A DNA stretch of 64,000 nucleotides from positions 1 through 64,000 of the forward strand of contig JAHLVW010000045.1 in NCBI GenBank assembly GCA_019058275.1. Direction: 5' to 3'. This document shows, piece by piece, positions 49,543 through 59,466 of the stretch. This DNA comes from Candidatus Heimdallarchaeota archaeon. Its GTDB lineage: Archaea; Asgardarchaeota; Heimdallarchaeia; JABLTI01. Position 1 is the first letter of the stretch; each line of letters begins with the position of its first letter. Under the pieces are notes generated by a model. It worked only from the letters and a program-made list of their open reading frames with translations, was not told the origin of the DNA and did not search any database. Both the position numbers and the translations under genes were made by a program.

Positions 49543-52500
49543 TTATTCATTTATTTCTTTGAAGCTATCTGTCATTTCTTTAATGTGATCATTTATGACA
49601 ACAGATAGGTTATTATTTCTATCAATGGATGAAATAGTCCTTTTTGTAAAGCTTTCAATCTGCTTCAGCATAACCTCTTCCAAATCATCTACTGATTTAA
49701 GGAAAACCTCAGCAATTTCCTCATTGCTTCTATTTGAAAGTACAAATTGTTTTCTTGCGAATAAAGCTACTTCTCTCTTTACCTTCTGTAGCACTCGATT
49801 AAAGCCATCTAGTAGTTCTTTCGTTAGTCTTTCAGTGCTCAAACCAACTCTATCCCCCATAGCATTGACTTCAACATCTAATTCTTTCAAAAATCTACAA
49901 GAAAAACTTTCACAAGTAGAAATGGTCTTCAATGCAGCCTTTTCTGCTTCTTTCAAATCCTGTTTCAAGGATTCATTCAGATTACTAATCGCTTGACCAT
50001 AGGTTCTCAAGTGATTTCTGCCAATGTCTCTAAAACCAATCTTGTATTCCTCAATTCGCCTTGATTCATTTTCAATACGAGTAATAACTTCATCTGTAAG
50101 GTTTTGTCTAATGCTCTCAAGGCTTTCAGTGTATCTTTCTTCTATTCCAAGAACAGCTTGTTCACCAATTACGACTACTCCTTCGGTTTTTCGAGCTGCT
50201 TCAGCAGTAATATTTCCAACTGTACTGAAGATTGCTCCTTCTATACCAGAAGTTTTCGTTTCAAGTTCTTGAACTGATCTGTTAATATCAGTCTCTATAA
50301 TGTTCATTAGTTCAGTAGCAACATTCTCATTAAATTGCTTCAATTCATTATTTGATTGTGATAGAGTTGCTAGTTTATTCTCGAGATTTTCCTGAATTGC
50401 TAGTGTAAATTTATTCTTAAATTCGTAAACATTCCCGATTTGACTTTCTTGTAAAACACTTAATTTTTGCTCAAAAGTCCTAATTTGGTTACTAATTAAT
50501 CTTGCTAATTCGTTGTTGTTAGCTATTAAATCGTTTTTAAGTTTTTCATCTAAAGCATTTAACTCAATTTCCTGCTTGTTAATCTCAGCAGCAGCTTGTC
50601 CAAAAATCTTTTCAGATCCTTCCCATAAATTAGTTCGAAGAACTTCAGCTGTGGAATTCACACCATTAGCTAAATCTGAAACGACCTTTTCTGTAAGATT
50701 AGTAATTGTCGTTCTAGTGTTTTTCTCTTGATTAAGTAGAGATGCGACGTCTCTTGCAATAGTCTTCTCAATATCCTCAAAACTATCTTTTGTTTTTTTG
50801 ACATAATTCTCTCGAGCTTTTTCAAAAACTTCTTTCAAAGATTCAATTTCTTTAGAAGTTCGACTTCCCCTTCTATTGACTGCATTTTCAAGCGATTTGC
50901 CAACTTCCCTTCTATTTCTATTGAAGGATTCAAGCTCTTCGGAGAAGAAACGCTCAATTCTTCTAATGAGCTTTTCATACAAGTCTTTATAGTCATCAGA
51001 GATTTCATCTATGAGTTTTATTGATGGACGTTTGGTTTCATCGATCAGTTTATCTTGAACTTTCTTAAATTGTACCAATCGATTATTAATTGTCAAACTA
51101 TCTTTTTTCAAAGTGTTTCCAATTTCATCAAGTGATTTTCTCAATAAATTATTAATATTATCTCCAAAACCCTTGAAGCTCTTCGAAATATCATTGTAAG
51201 ATTGTTGGACTACATTAACAATTTCTCTCTCCGATACTTGCTCACTGCTTTGTATTTTATCAATAATCTCATCAATTTCGTTTGAAAGAACCTCCATACT
51301 CTCATCTACTTTATTATTAACTTGTTGTGTCAATAAGTTAACACTTTCACCTCTCCATCGTTCCAGCTTTCGAGTTAAATTTGCTACCTCTTTGCTTGTA
51401 TTTTTAAGCTCCTTGTCATGTGTATTAGAGAAATCTTTGAAGATTGCTTGGAGTCTCTTTTGACTTGAATTAAGTCTATTTTTTAGCAAATCATGATTGC
51501 TATCAATTTCCTTATCAAATTTATCTATTAATCGGTCAATATCTTTCTCAAAATTTTCCTCTTTCTTTATAGTTTCATTATCAAATCCTTTGCTAATACG
51601 CATAAGATCTCCTGTTAGTACCTTGTCGAATTTCTCCAAAAATGCTGATTCATCATTCTCAATTCTATCTTGTAGTTGTTCTAGGTTTGCCATCAAAGTG
51701 TTAATGGGTTCTGTCAAGGACATATTTATGAAACTGACAAGGTTTTGTACACCAGCTCCATGATTTTCAACTGCATAAAGGAAGTCAGTTTCTAATCGAG
51801 CAACAAGATCACTAAGATCCATTTGGTATTGAGCAACAGAATGGTTTAGAATAATGATGAATAGCTCCATCATTTCGTTTAAAACTTCTCGAGTCTTGTT
51901 AGCAGTTCTATGTGTTAAATTGGTTTTCTCTTCCTGGTTATTTTCAGCTGATTGTTCATATTTTGAGCTTAAACCTTCTAGTTCTACCTTTGCTCCAGCA
52001 ATATTCCCTTTGGTTTGTTCAAGTAATGTATTTACTTTACCATTAAATTCCAATGTGAGTTGTTCAATAGCATCACCAAAGATTGAAGTATGGGTTTCCA
52101 TTAACCTTGCTAATTCTTGGAATTGAGTATCTAAACTTTCATTGAGCTTTTGGGTTGATTCATTAGCAATTTTGGCTGTTTTAGGTCGTAATCCTTCAAT
52201 ACAGGAAATCATAGGACGTTTTTGTTCGGTTAAAACTCGTAAAATCTCTGTTTGGAAATTGTTAGAAGCTTCTTGTATTGCTTCTTTAAGAGAATTAATT
52301 GCCTGTTCAATTTGGTCATTAATGGGTCTTGTAACCTTCTCTAAATCCTCAATACCTGAATCTAATACAGTGAAAATAATATCCTCAAAGGCATCTTGGG
52401 ATTTACTAAATGCATCTTGAACTTCATCAAAGGCTTTGTTTGCATTTGTTTCAAAATCAATAACATTACTTACTCGAGCATCAACGGTTGTTTCCATCTT

Positions 52501-53136
52501 ATTTCTTACACTTTCTTGTGCTTCTGACAATAATCTAGAGAATTTCTTTGACAATGGTTCTAGACTTCTAATAATATTAGCACAAGTTTCATCTGAACGA
52601 ACAGATGATTCTGCTAAGAATTCATTGGATGTTTGAGCAATTCTACCTAAATCTTTCAAATCCATTTCAACAGAAGCTAAAATACCACTAAAGGAAGCAT
52701 CCATGGCCATCTCTAAATCCTTAATATCCTCTTCAGAATGATCTGTTCGTTTTTGTCGTTCGCCTGCACTTGCTTCACGAACGTTTTTGATAGCATTTTC
52801 AGTGAAATTATTAACGACTTGAGTTGTTGCCTTGAGTTCGCTTTTACGAGCTTCTAAAGAATTGATTAGTCTATCAATAATACTCACAAACCGTGTTACA
52901 GGAAAGATTGCAACATAGCGTAGATCTTCTTCCCTATCACTTTGAAGAGGGCTAACTAACCCTCTCTCAATGAGGCGATCTAACATTGCAGGAACTCTTC
53001 CTTTTGATAAGTTACCTCGTTCAGCAATTTCTAAAACAGTGCTGGCACCGTAATTAGACAAAGCTGAGAAAATTCTTTTCTCATTTGCTGTTAAACGAGG
53101 TAATAATTCTAGTTTTTTCGCTTCCTTTACAGCCAT
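49543..53136 (-). CDS. TrmB-like HTH fused to a very long alpha-helical/coiled-coil region
   Basis: LTANEKRIFSAL…LEIAERGNLSKGRVPAMLDRLIERGLV followed by about 1100 helical residues. Confidence 0.75.
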   Translation of the reverse strand: MAVKEAKKLELLPRLTANEKRIFSALSNYGASTVLEIAERGNLSKGRVPAMLDRLIERGLVSPLQSDREEDLRYVAIFPVTRFVSIIDRLINSLEARKSELKATTQVVNNFTENAIKNVREASAGERQKRTDHSEEDIKDLEMAMDASFSGILASVEMDLKDLGRIAQTSNEFLAESSVRSDETCANIIRSLEPLSKKFSRLLSEAQESVRNKMETTVDARVSNVIDFETNANKAFDEVQDAFSKSQDAFEDIIFTVLDSGIEDLEKVTRPINDQIEQAINSLKEAIQEASNNFQTEILRVLTEQKRPMISCIEGLRPKTAKIANESTQKLNESLDTQFQELARLMETHTSIFGDAIEQLTLEFNGKVNTLLEQTKGNIAGAKVELEGLSSKYEQSAENNQEEKTNLTHRTANKTREVLNEMMELFIIILNHSVAQYQMDLSDLVARLETDFLYAVENHGAGVQNLVSFINMSLTEPINTLMANLEQLQDRIENDESAFLEKFDKVLTGDLMRISKGFDNETIKKEENFEKDIDRLIDKFDKEIDSNHDLLKNRLNSSQKRLQAIFKDFSNTHDKELKNTSKEVANLTRKLERWRGESVNLLTQQVNNKVDESMEVLSNEIDEIIDKIQSSEQVSEREIVNVVQQSYNDISKSFKGFGDNINNLLRKSLDEIGNTLKKDSLTINNRLVQFKKVQDKLIDETKRPSIKLIDEISDDYKDLYEKLIRRIERFFSEELESFNRNRREVGKSLENAVNRRGSRTSKEIESLKEVFEKARENYVKKTKDSFEDIEKTIARDVASLLNQEKNTRTTITNLTEKVVSDLANGVNSTAEVLRTNLWEGSEKIFGQAAAEINKQEIELNALDEKLKNDLIANNNELARLISNQIRTFEQKLSVLQESQIGNVYEFKNKFTLAIQENLENKLATLSQSNNELKQFNENVATELMNIIETDINRSVQELETKTSGIEGAIFSTVGNITAEAARKTEGVVVIGEQAVLGIEERYTESLESIRQNLTDEVITRIENESRRIEEYKIGFRDIGRNHLRTYGQAISNLNESLKQDLKEAEKAALKTISTCESFSCRFLKELDVEVNAMGDRVGLSTERLTKELLDGFNRVLQKVKREVALFARKQFVLSNRSNEEIAEVFLKSVDDLEEVMLKQIESFTKRTISSIDRNNNLSVVINDHIKEMTDSFKEINE

Positions 53137-53339
53137 AATTTACATCCTCTCGAATGTTATTTTTGATATAGATTCATCGTATTTTTTTAGGTAGAATAGC
53201 TAATTTATACATTATTTGTTACTAGGATATTGCTTTTATGATTTTGGTTCTAGAACAACTCTTTAAAGCATTTTATTGCTGAAATCATCAAAAATCATTA
53301 AAAGTAAGTATTTTTGACATAGAAATAAGGTTGTAATCT

Positions 53340-53416
53340 GGGCCGGTAGATCAGCCTGGCAGATCGTCTGTTTCGCATACAGGAGGCCGTGGATTCAAAT
53401 TCCGCCCGGTCCACCA
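53340..53416 (+). tRNA. tRNA-Ala(CGC)
   Basis: GGGCCGG/CCGGTCC acceptor with G3-U70, loop TTCGCAT, CCA. Confidence 0.93.
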
Positions 53417-53471
53417 TTTAATTCCATTAATTTAACAAAATTTATTTTCAAAATTCCTAATTACTAGTATT

Positions 53472-53921
53472 ATGTCTAATGAAAACCTATTAATAAATAA
53501 AGCAAATCTCACTGATTTAGATGGAATTTTAGCATTACTGACAACTGTAAATTTACCAATAGAAGGAGTAAAAGAGCATTTAGATAATTTTCTAGTAGTG
53601 AAGGATTCAGGAGCTACTATGAAAGGTTGTATAGGATTGGAATTATACAAAGAACATGCTTTATTACGCTCAGCTGCAGTTCATCCTGAAAATCAAGGAC
53701 AAGGCATTGGAAAGAAACTCACAAAAGCAATTATTTCATTAGTTAAACAATTCGGGGTACAAAAGCTATACCTTATTACTGATACAGCAGAGCGATTTTT
53801 CCGTAAAGAAGGATTTGCTGTTGTTTCAAGAGATAAGATACCAGCCAGTGTGAAGGAATCGGTCGAATTCACTTTTAGTTGTGCCAAAACTGGAGTCTCT
53901 ATGATCAAGGAGCTAAAATAG
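53472..53921 (+). CDS. GNAT N-acetyltransferase (ArsN2-like)
   Basis: ALLRSAAV…QGQGIG…AERFF…GF. Confidence 0.88.
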   Translation: MSNENLLINKANLTDLDGILALLTTVNLPIEGVKEHLDNFLVVKDSGATMKGCIGLELYKEHALLRSAAVHPENQGQGIGKKLTKAIISLVKQFGVQKLYLITDTAERFFRKEGFAVVSRDKIPASVKESVEFTFSCAKTGVSMIKELK

Positions 53922-53943
53922 CAAAAAATAGATTCCAAATTTA

Positions 53944-54909
53944 TTAACCCAGTTGTTCTAATTGAAATGATCTAGCACCCAATTTGCTAATTGTTGTACT
54001 TGCAGTTCTTACACCTAATTGTGCTGCTTTTTTGATATCCTCGCTCTTCAAGAATTCATGTAAGAATCCAGCAGAAAAGGAATCACCTGCACCTGTTGTA
54101 TCCGCTACCTGTGTATTTATGGCAGACTCAAAATATTGTTTGCCTGAGGATGTTTTAATTAGTACTCCTTCTTCACCAAGTGTTAAAACAGCAATCTCAG
54201 AAAAATCTAACATATAGTCGAGTATCTCATTTCTTTCATTTTTTTGAGTAAAGACTTTTCCTTCATGTAGATTTGAAAAAAGTATTTGTGGTGGGTGTTT
54301 CTTCATCATTTTCTGCAAAATGGGTCTATCATTTTCAATTACTGCATAAGCTGCTAAATCAAAAGTTGTCTTTTTTGATTCTTCAAAGATTTTCCATAAT
54401 GCTTCTACAGACTTTGTAATCAGATACCCCTCAATATGAACAGTATCAGCACTTTGAACTATTTTTTCATCAACCATCTCAGCAGGAAGAATATCTGATG
54501 CTCCTCTATAAACAATAAAAGCTCTATCTTTATTGGGGGTGATTAACGAAAGTAATTGTCCAGTAGAGTTTTCTTTGTCAATAATGCTATGTGTTTTTAC
54601 ATCCTCATTTCTAAGTATTTCCATATATTCTCTACCATCATCATCATCTCCGTGTTTCCCGTAAAAACTTGTGTTAGAACCTAATTTGGCCATGTTTGAC
54701 ATGACATTTGCACAACTACCACCTGAATTCTTTATAATGTCCTTATCTAATTCTGATAGCTTTTTAGCTATGAAATCAATAGTAGTTTTATCTACGACTC
54801 GATGCCCACCAACTTCCATGTCTATTTCCTTAAGAAAAGAAAAATCAACGTAAACAGATAAATCCCAAAGTACTTGACCAAAACCCAACACTTGTTTCAT
54901 TGAAATCAA
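53944..54909 (-). CDS. PfkB family carbohydrate/adenosine kinase
   Basis: GGSCAN and DTTGAGDSF. Confidence 0.92.
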   Translation of the reverse strand: MISMKQVLGFGQVLWDLSVYVDFSFLKEIDMEVGGHRVVDKTTIDFIAKKLSELDKDIIKNSGGSCANVMSNMAKLGSNTSFYGKHGDDDDGREYMEILRNEDVKTHSIIDKENSTGQLLSLITPNKDRAFIVYRGASDILPAEMVDEKIVQSADTVHIEGYLITKSVEALWKIFEESKKTTFDLAAYAVIENDRPILQKMMKKHPPQILFSNLHEGKVFTQKNERNEILDYMLDFSEIAVLTLGEEGVLIKTSSGKQYFESAINTQVADTTGAGDSFSAGFLHEFLKSEDIKKAAQLGVRTASTTISKLGARSFQLEQLG

Positions 54910-54933
54910 AACTAGTTAAAGATAGTATTTAAT

Positions 54934-55158
54934 TTACTTTTCCTTCTTTAGTAAATAATCCGCAACTTCTCGAGCCCAATTTCCTATAGGAATTTCTTGA
55001 TTATTAACCATTCTCGTGAGATATTCTTTCCAGCTTAATTTCCCATAAGCTTTTTGCCAATCTTTGAACCGATTCTCGAGGTTCTTCTTAGCAATACTAT
55101 GCGCATCACAATAACTTCCTTTTTCAATAGTTGATTTACAGACAACACATTGTTTCAT
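54934..55158 (-). CDS. Small Zn-binding hypothetical protein downstream of topA
   Basis: CxxC…CxxH; 3 bp from the topA stop. Confidence 0.7.
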   Translation of the reverse strand: MKQCVVCKSTIEKGSYCDAHSIAKKNLENRFKDWQKAYGKLSWKEYLTRMVNNQEIPIGNWAREVADYLLKKEK

Positions 55159-55161
55159 AGT

Positions 55162-57309
55162 TTATTCCTCTGTGTCTTCGATAATAGTCTCCAGTGCTTC
55201 AGCCTTATTACTCTCATAGTTTTCTAGAACCTCTAATGGAGTTCCTGAACAATTTAACCAATTTGGGCATATCGTGTATGGTCTCTTACCTTTCTTTCGT
55301 ATGGTTATCATCGGAAAACCACAATGTTTGCAATTCTTTTTAGCAGGAATAGCATAGCCAGACTGTGGAATTGGTGCGCTCCAATCACATAATTTCTTGT
55401 AATAACCAGTACATCCTACAAATCTTTTCTTAGTTCTAATCGATCTTGTAACTATTAATTCTCCTTGCTTGCAAACAGGACAAAGACCTAACATACGCTG
55501 TCTTTGTTTCAAATTCTGAACTTGCTCTTGTAGTGCTACACCAATTATCTTCTCTTTCTTGTAGAAGCTCTCAAGGATGTTCTTTAACTGCTTAATCGAT
55601 TCCATTAGCACAATTTCTCTATCTTTCTCTCCAGTAGCGATGCTTTCCATATCCTTTTCTAAGTCTCTTGTTAATTCAATAGAAATAATATCTGGACTAT
55701 TTTTCTCGAGAGTATCAATTACAGCAAACCCTAAATCAGTAGCATTTATGCTTTCATCTTCAATATATCCTCTGGAATATAAAATATCAATAATTGATGC
55801 TCGAGTCGCTTTTGTACCAAGCTCTTCCTCCTCCATTTTCTTTAGCAAGGAATTCGGATTATAACGAGCTGGTGGTTGTGTGTAGCTTTGTTTGTGAATA
55901 ATGCTTGCAAATTTTACTTTCTCTCTCTCAGCAAGATCAGGCAATTCAACTTCATCTACTTTCCCAAAAGGAGCATAGAATTCCAACCATCCCTTTTTGA
56001 GAACCTTCATACCACGTAGATGGAAAATATGACCATTGAAATCAATATCCAATCGAAGACTTTTCTTAACGGCTGGAGGTCCAAAAATTGCTAGGTATCT
56101 GCACACTATTAACTTGTAAACATTTTGTGCATCAGAGCTCAAACTTGCAGCTGGTCGTTTACCAGTTGGATGTATTGGTGGGTGCGCAAGATCCTTCTTC
56201 TTACCAAAAGTAGGTTTCAATTTGGATAAACTCAGAAGCTTATTCGCTCGATCGCTATAGAGACCAATTTTTGCAAGATTTTTCAATATTGGTTTATGAT
56301 TTATCGAAGCAGCAAATTGCTGACTTCCAGTTCGTGGGTAAGAAATAAGTGCATTAAGATACAAGGATTCAGCAGCTCGTAGAGTTCTGCTAGGAGAATA
56401 ACCAAAGTAACGATATGCTTCTGATTGTAATGAGCCTAAATTAAATGGTAAAGGAGGATTCTGTGTCAGCTGTCTACTAGAGATTTTGCTAACAATACCT
56501 TCAGAACCTTTAGTATCATTAACTATTTTATCAGCTTCAGTAAGGGTTGGAACAAATTTCTTATTATATTCAAGTTGAACATCTTCACCTTCAAGGACAA
56601 TTCTTGCATCAATTGCCCAACGTGGTATAGGTACAAAGGTCTGAATGTTTCTTTCTCTGTCTGCTACAAATTTCAAAGTAGGACCTTGAACTCGTCCAGT
56701 TGAGATTAGCTTATACCTCCCAGTGGAGTGTTTAATTGAAAGTGTAAGAGCTCGTGTCAAATTAATACCAAATAGCCAATCAATTTCATGACGAGTAAAA
56801 CCTGCATGAGCAAGATTGATGTCAATAGTTGGATTAAGATTTTCAAAAGAACTAACAATGTCCTCCTTAGTCAAAGTAGAAAATTTCATTCGTTTGACTT
56901 CAGTTAATTCCTTATTACATGCATATTTTGCTATTGCTGCTCCAATAACTTCTCCCTCTAAATCATAATCAGTAGCTATAATTACCCCATCAATATCCCT
57001 ACTGTATTTCTTGAAAGCAGCAATAAATGGTCTAGTTTTATTCTTGGGATTGTTCAAGTAAGAAGGAACCCATTTGTAACTGAAAGCTGGATAATGCCAA
57101 CCACCAATGGAATCCTCAACAGTAGAGTAAAGATGTCCAAGAGCAGGAATGACAAAAATAGTATCACCATTTCTCCTGCACTCATAAACAGGAACTTTTG
57201 CTAAGTTTCTAGGATTTGGTAGTTTCCTTGGTTTGCCTGCTTGATCAAGTGCCACAGCTATTCTTTTGGCAGCAGTTGGCTTTTCAGAAATACAAAGGTA
57301 ATTGGACAA
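55162..57309 (-). CDS. topA: DNA topoisomerase IA
   Basis: SEKP, ATDYDLEGE, GRVQGPTL, ISYPRT, GTKATR, C-terminal Zn ribbons. Confidence 0.96.
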   Translation of the reverse strand: MSNYLCISEKPTAAKRIAVALDQAGKPRKLPNPRNLAKVPVYECRRNGDTIFVIPALGHLYSTVEDSIGGWHYPAFSYKWVPSYLNNPKNKTRPFIAAFKKYSRDIDGVIIATDYDLEGEVIGAAIAKYACNKELTEVKRMKFSTLTKEDIVSSFENLNPTIDINLAHAGFTRHEIDWLFGINLTRALTLSIKHSTGRYKLISTGRVQGPTLKFVADRERNIQTFVPIPRWAIDARIVLEGEDVQLEYNKKFVPTLTEADKIVNDTKGSEGIVSKISSRQLTQNPPLPFNLGSLQSEAYRYFGYSPSRTLRAAESLYLNALISYPRTGSQQFAASINHKPILKNLAKIGLYSDRANKLLSLSKLKPTFGKKKDLAHPPIHPTGKRPAASLSSDAQNVYKLIVCRYLAIFGPPAVKKSLRLDIDFNGHIFHLRGMKVLKKGWLEFYAPFGKVDEVELPDLAEREKVKFASIIHKQSYTQPPARYNPNSLLKKMEEEELGTKATRASIIDILYSRGYIEDESINATDLGFAVIDTLEKNSPDIISIELTRDLEKDMESIATGEKDREIVLMESIKQLKNILESFYKKEKIIGVALQEQVQNLKQRQRMLGLCPVCKQGELIVTRSIRTKKRFVGCTGYYKKLCDWSAPIPQSGYAIPAKKNCKHCGFPMITIRKKGKRPYTICPNWLNCSGTPLEVLENYESNKAEALETIIEDTEE

Positions 57310-57505
57310 GTTCTTTCCTTCTTTCGCTCACATTAATGCATGAATAATTAATTGCTTTCAATTAAAAAATCATTCACTCATATTTTTAAAATGAAGTACT
57401 ATCACTTCAAAAAAATAATAAAATAGATAGTATTAAACCCCTTCTAAAGCAATTTTAAAAGCAAAGAGAGTTATATCATACAAGAGATTTTGACTAAAAA
57501 TTAAG

Positions 57506-58606
57506 GTGTTCCAAAAAATGGGTGATGATGTAGTTCACTTAAAAGTAGAAATACTTCAAGATTTTATGCGAGATGTATTTATTGGTCTAGGTGCGCCAGA
57601 AGAAGATGCGAAAATTTGTGCTGATGTGCTTATAGCTTCTGATCTTAGAGGGATAACTTCACATGGCGTTCAACGACTGAAAATGTATTATGACCGTATT
57701 AAACTGGGATTAATAAATCCTGAAACAAACATAACAATAGTTAAAGAAAGTCCTACAACTGCAACCTTTGATGCAGGTCATGGATTGGGTCATGTTGTAT
57801 CTTACAGAGCAATGGAATTAGCTATTAAAAAAGCTGAGGAGTATGGAACTGGCGCTGTAGCTGTAGGAAATTCCACACATTATGGTATAGCCGGCTATTA
57901 TCTAATTATGGCTTGTAAAAAAGGAATGATTGGATTATCAATAACAAATGCAAGACCATCAATTGCTCCTACGTTTGGAATTGAACCAATGATGGGAACA
58001 AATCCATTAACATTCGGAATGCCAACAGATGAAGAATTTGATTTCATACTAGATTGTGCAACATCAATAACCCAAAGAGGAAAAATAGAAGTTTTTTCAA
58101 GAACTGAAACTCCCATACCAGAAGGTTGGGTAATAGATAAAGATGGTAAATTGGCAACTGATCCAGTGGAAATTTTAAAACAACTAAAAGATGGTACAGC
58201 TGCTTTACTCCCTTTGGGAGGAGCAGGTGAAATAACTGGTGGGCATAAAGGATATGGTTACTCAGTAATCGTAGAGATGCTATCATCAGCATTATCTGGA
58301 GGACCATTTTTGAAAGACTTGACATTAGATAAGGGTTGGAAGATTGGTCATTTCTTCCTTGCAATAGATGTCTCCAAGTTTATCTCAGTTGATATTTTCA
58401 AGAAGATAACAGGTGATATTTGTAGAACGCTAAGGAATTCAAAGAAAGCACCAGACCAAGAGAGAATATATACAGCTGGAGAAAAGGAATATGAAATGGA
58501 ACAGAAGATAGCAAAAACTGGAGTACCGTTAAATAAAAGTCTACAAAACGATCTATTGACAATGAAGAAAGAACTTGGTTTAGAACAATACAAATTTCCT
58601 TTCTGA
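57506..58606 (+). CDS. Ldh_2 family malate/L-lactate/sulfolactate dehydrogenase
   Basis: DLRGITSHG, THYG, GTNP, GHKGYG. Confidence 0.92.
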   Translation: MFQKMGDDVVHLKVEILQDFMRDVFIGLGAPEEDAKICADVLIASDLRGITSHGVQRLKMYYDRIKLGLINPETNITIVKESPTTATFDAGHGLGHVVSYRAMELAIKKAEEYGTGAVAVGNSTHYGIAGYYLIMACKKGMIGLSITNARPSIAPTFGIEPMMGTNPLTFGMPTDEEFDFILDCATSITQRGKIEVFSRTETPIPEGWVIDKDGKLATDPVEILKQLKDGTAALLPLGGAGEITGGHKGYGYSVIVEMLSSALSGGPFLKDLTLDKGWKIGHFFLAIDVSKFISVDIFKKITGDICRTLRNSKKAPDQERIYTAGEKEYEMEQKIAKTGVPLNKSLQNDLLTMKKELGLEQYKFPF

Positions 58607-58659
58607 TGCTTGCCCATTTCCAAATTATAACAAGATCCAAACAATTGATGTGATGAAAA

Positions 58660-58917
58660 ATGTCTGAATGCTACATTTGTGGTAGAGAAGGAATAGCTAA
58701 ATGCTCAGTTTGCCATAAATCAATATGCAAAGTACATACAGAAGATGAGAAAGGAAAAATAATCGAAGAAAGTCTGATAAGCAAATTAATTTGCACTAGC
58801 TGTTTGAAAAAAAAGCGGTTAAATAGAATTCAAATCTATCTCTTTGTATGCTTTATTGTAATAGTTGTGGGAATAACTATAGGAATAATAGTAGTAGGTC
58901 GACAATTGTGGTGGTAA
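58660..58917 (+). CDS. Small Zn-finger protein with C-terminal TM anchor
   Basis: CxxC…CxxC…CxxH…CxxC followed by a hydrophobic tail. Confidence 0.7.
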   Translation: MSECYICGREGIAKCSVCHKSICKVHTEDEKGKIIEESLISKLICTSCLKKKRLNRIQIYLFVCFIVIVVGITIGIIVVGRQLWW

Positions 58918-58933
58918 GGAAGAGGAATTTTTT

Positions 58934-59425
58934 TTATAGACTAATTACCGCTTTCTTAGCTTCCTTTCCAGACATAGCTTCAATGTCAATTCGACCTATA
59001 GTTACTCGAGAAACTGATTTTTCAGTAAGCTGCTTTTTAGCTACCTCATCAGGATTTTCTTCCAGTTTTTTAATCATATTCAGAAGCGCTTCCTTCTTTT
59101 CATCGAAACTATCAATAAACGAAACTGTTCCAACAAACTGAGTTGTAGCATAAAGATGATCACATTTACCTTGCACGTAACCTTTGTCAATCAATGCTTG
59201 TCCCCAAACAACATTATTAGCATTTAAGATGTCAATTTTCTTTCCTTCTCTAGCACAATGAAAATAAATACAGTTTTTATCAGGATCATAACCATGACTA
59301 AGAGTAACAAGATAAGGTTCATTATCTTTACACATAGCAATAGTTATGTGGTCTGCTAGTTGAATGATTTTCTTCATTTCTTCAGTACTTTCAATTGCTT
59401 TTTCCTTTCTTCTAATACCTTTCAT
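58934..59425 (-). CDS. Pyridoxamine 5'-phosphate oxidase-like (NimA family) protein
   Basis: PYLVTL, IYFHCAREGKK, MSGK. Confidence 0.88.
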   Translation of the reverse strand: MKGIRRKEKAIESTEEMKKIIQLADHITIAMCKDNEPYLVTLSHGYDPDKNCIYFHCAREGKKIDILNANNVVWGQALIDKGYVQGKCDHLYATTQFVGTVSFIDSFDEKKEALLNMIKKLEENPDEVAKKQLTEKSVSRVTIGRIDIEAMSGKEAKKAVISL

Positions 59426-59466
59426 GAATTTTAACCTCTTCTAGATTAGAAAACCTGATAATTATT

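Noticed and set aside
49595-52636. Multiple + strand ORFs, and similar short antisense ORFs throughout the window
   Set aside because: Shadow ORFs opposite long genes, S/F/L-rich, with no motifs.
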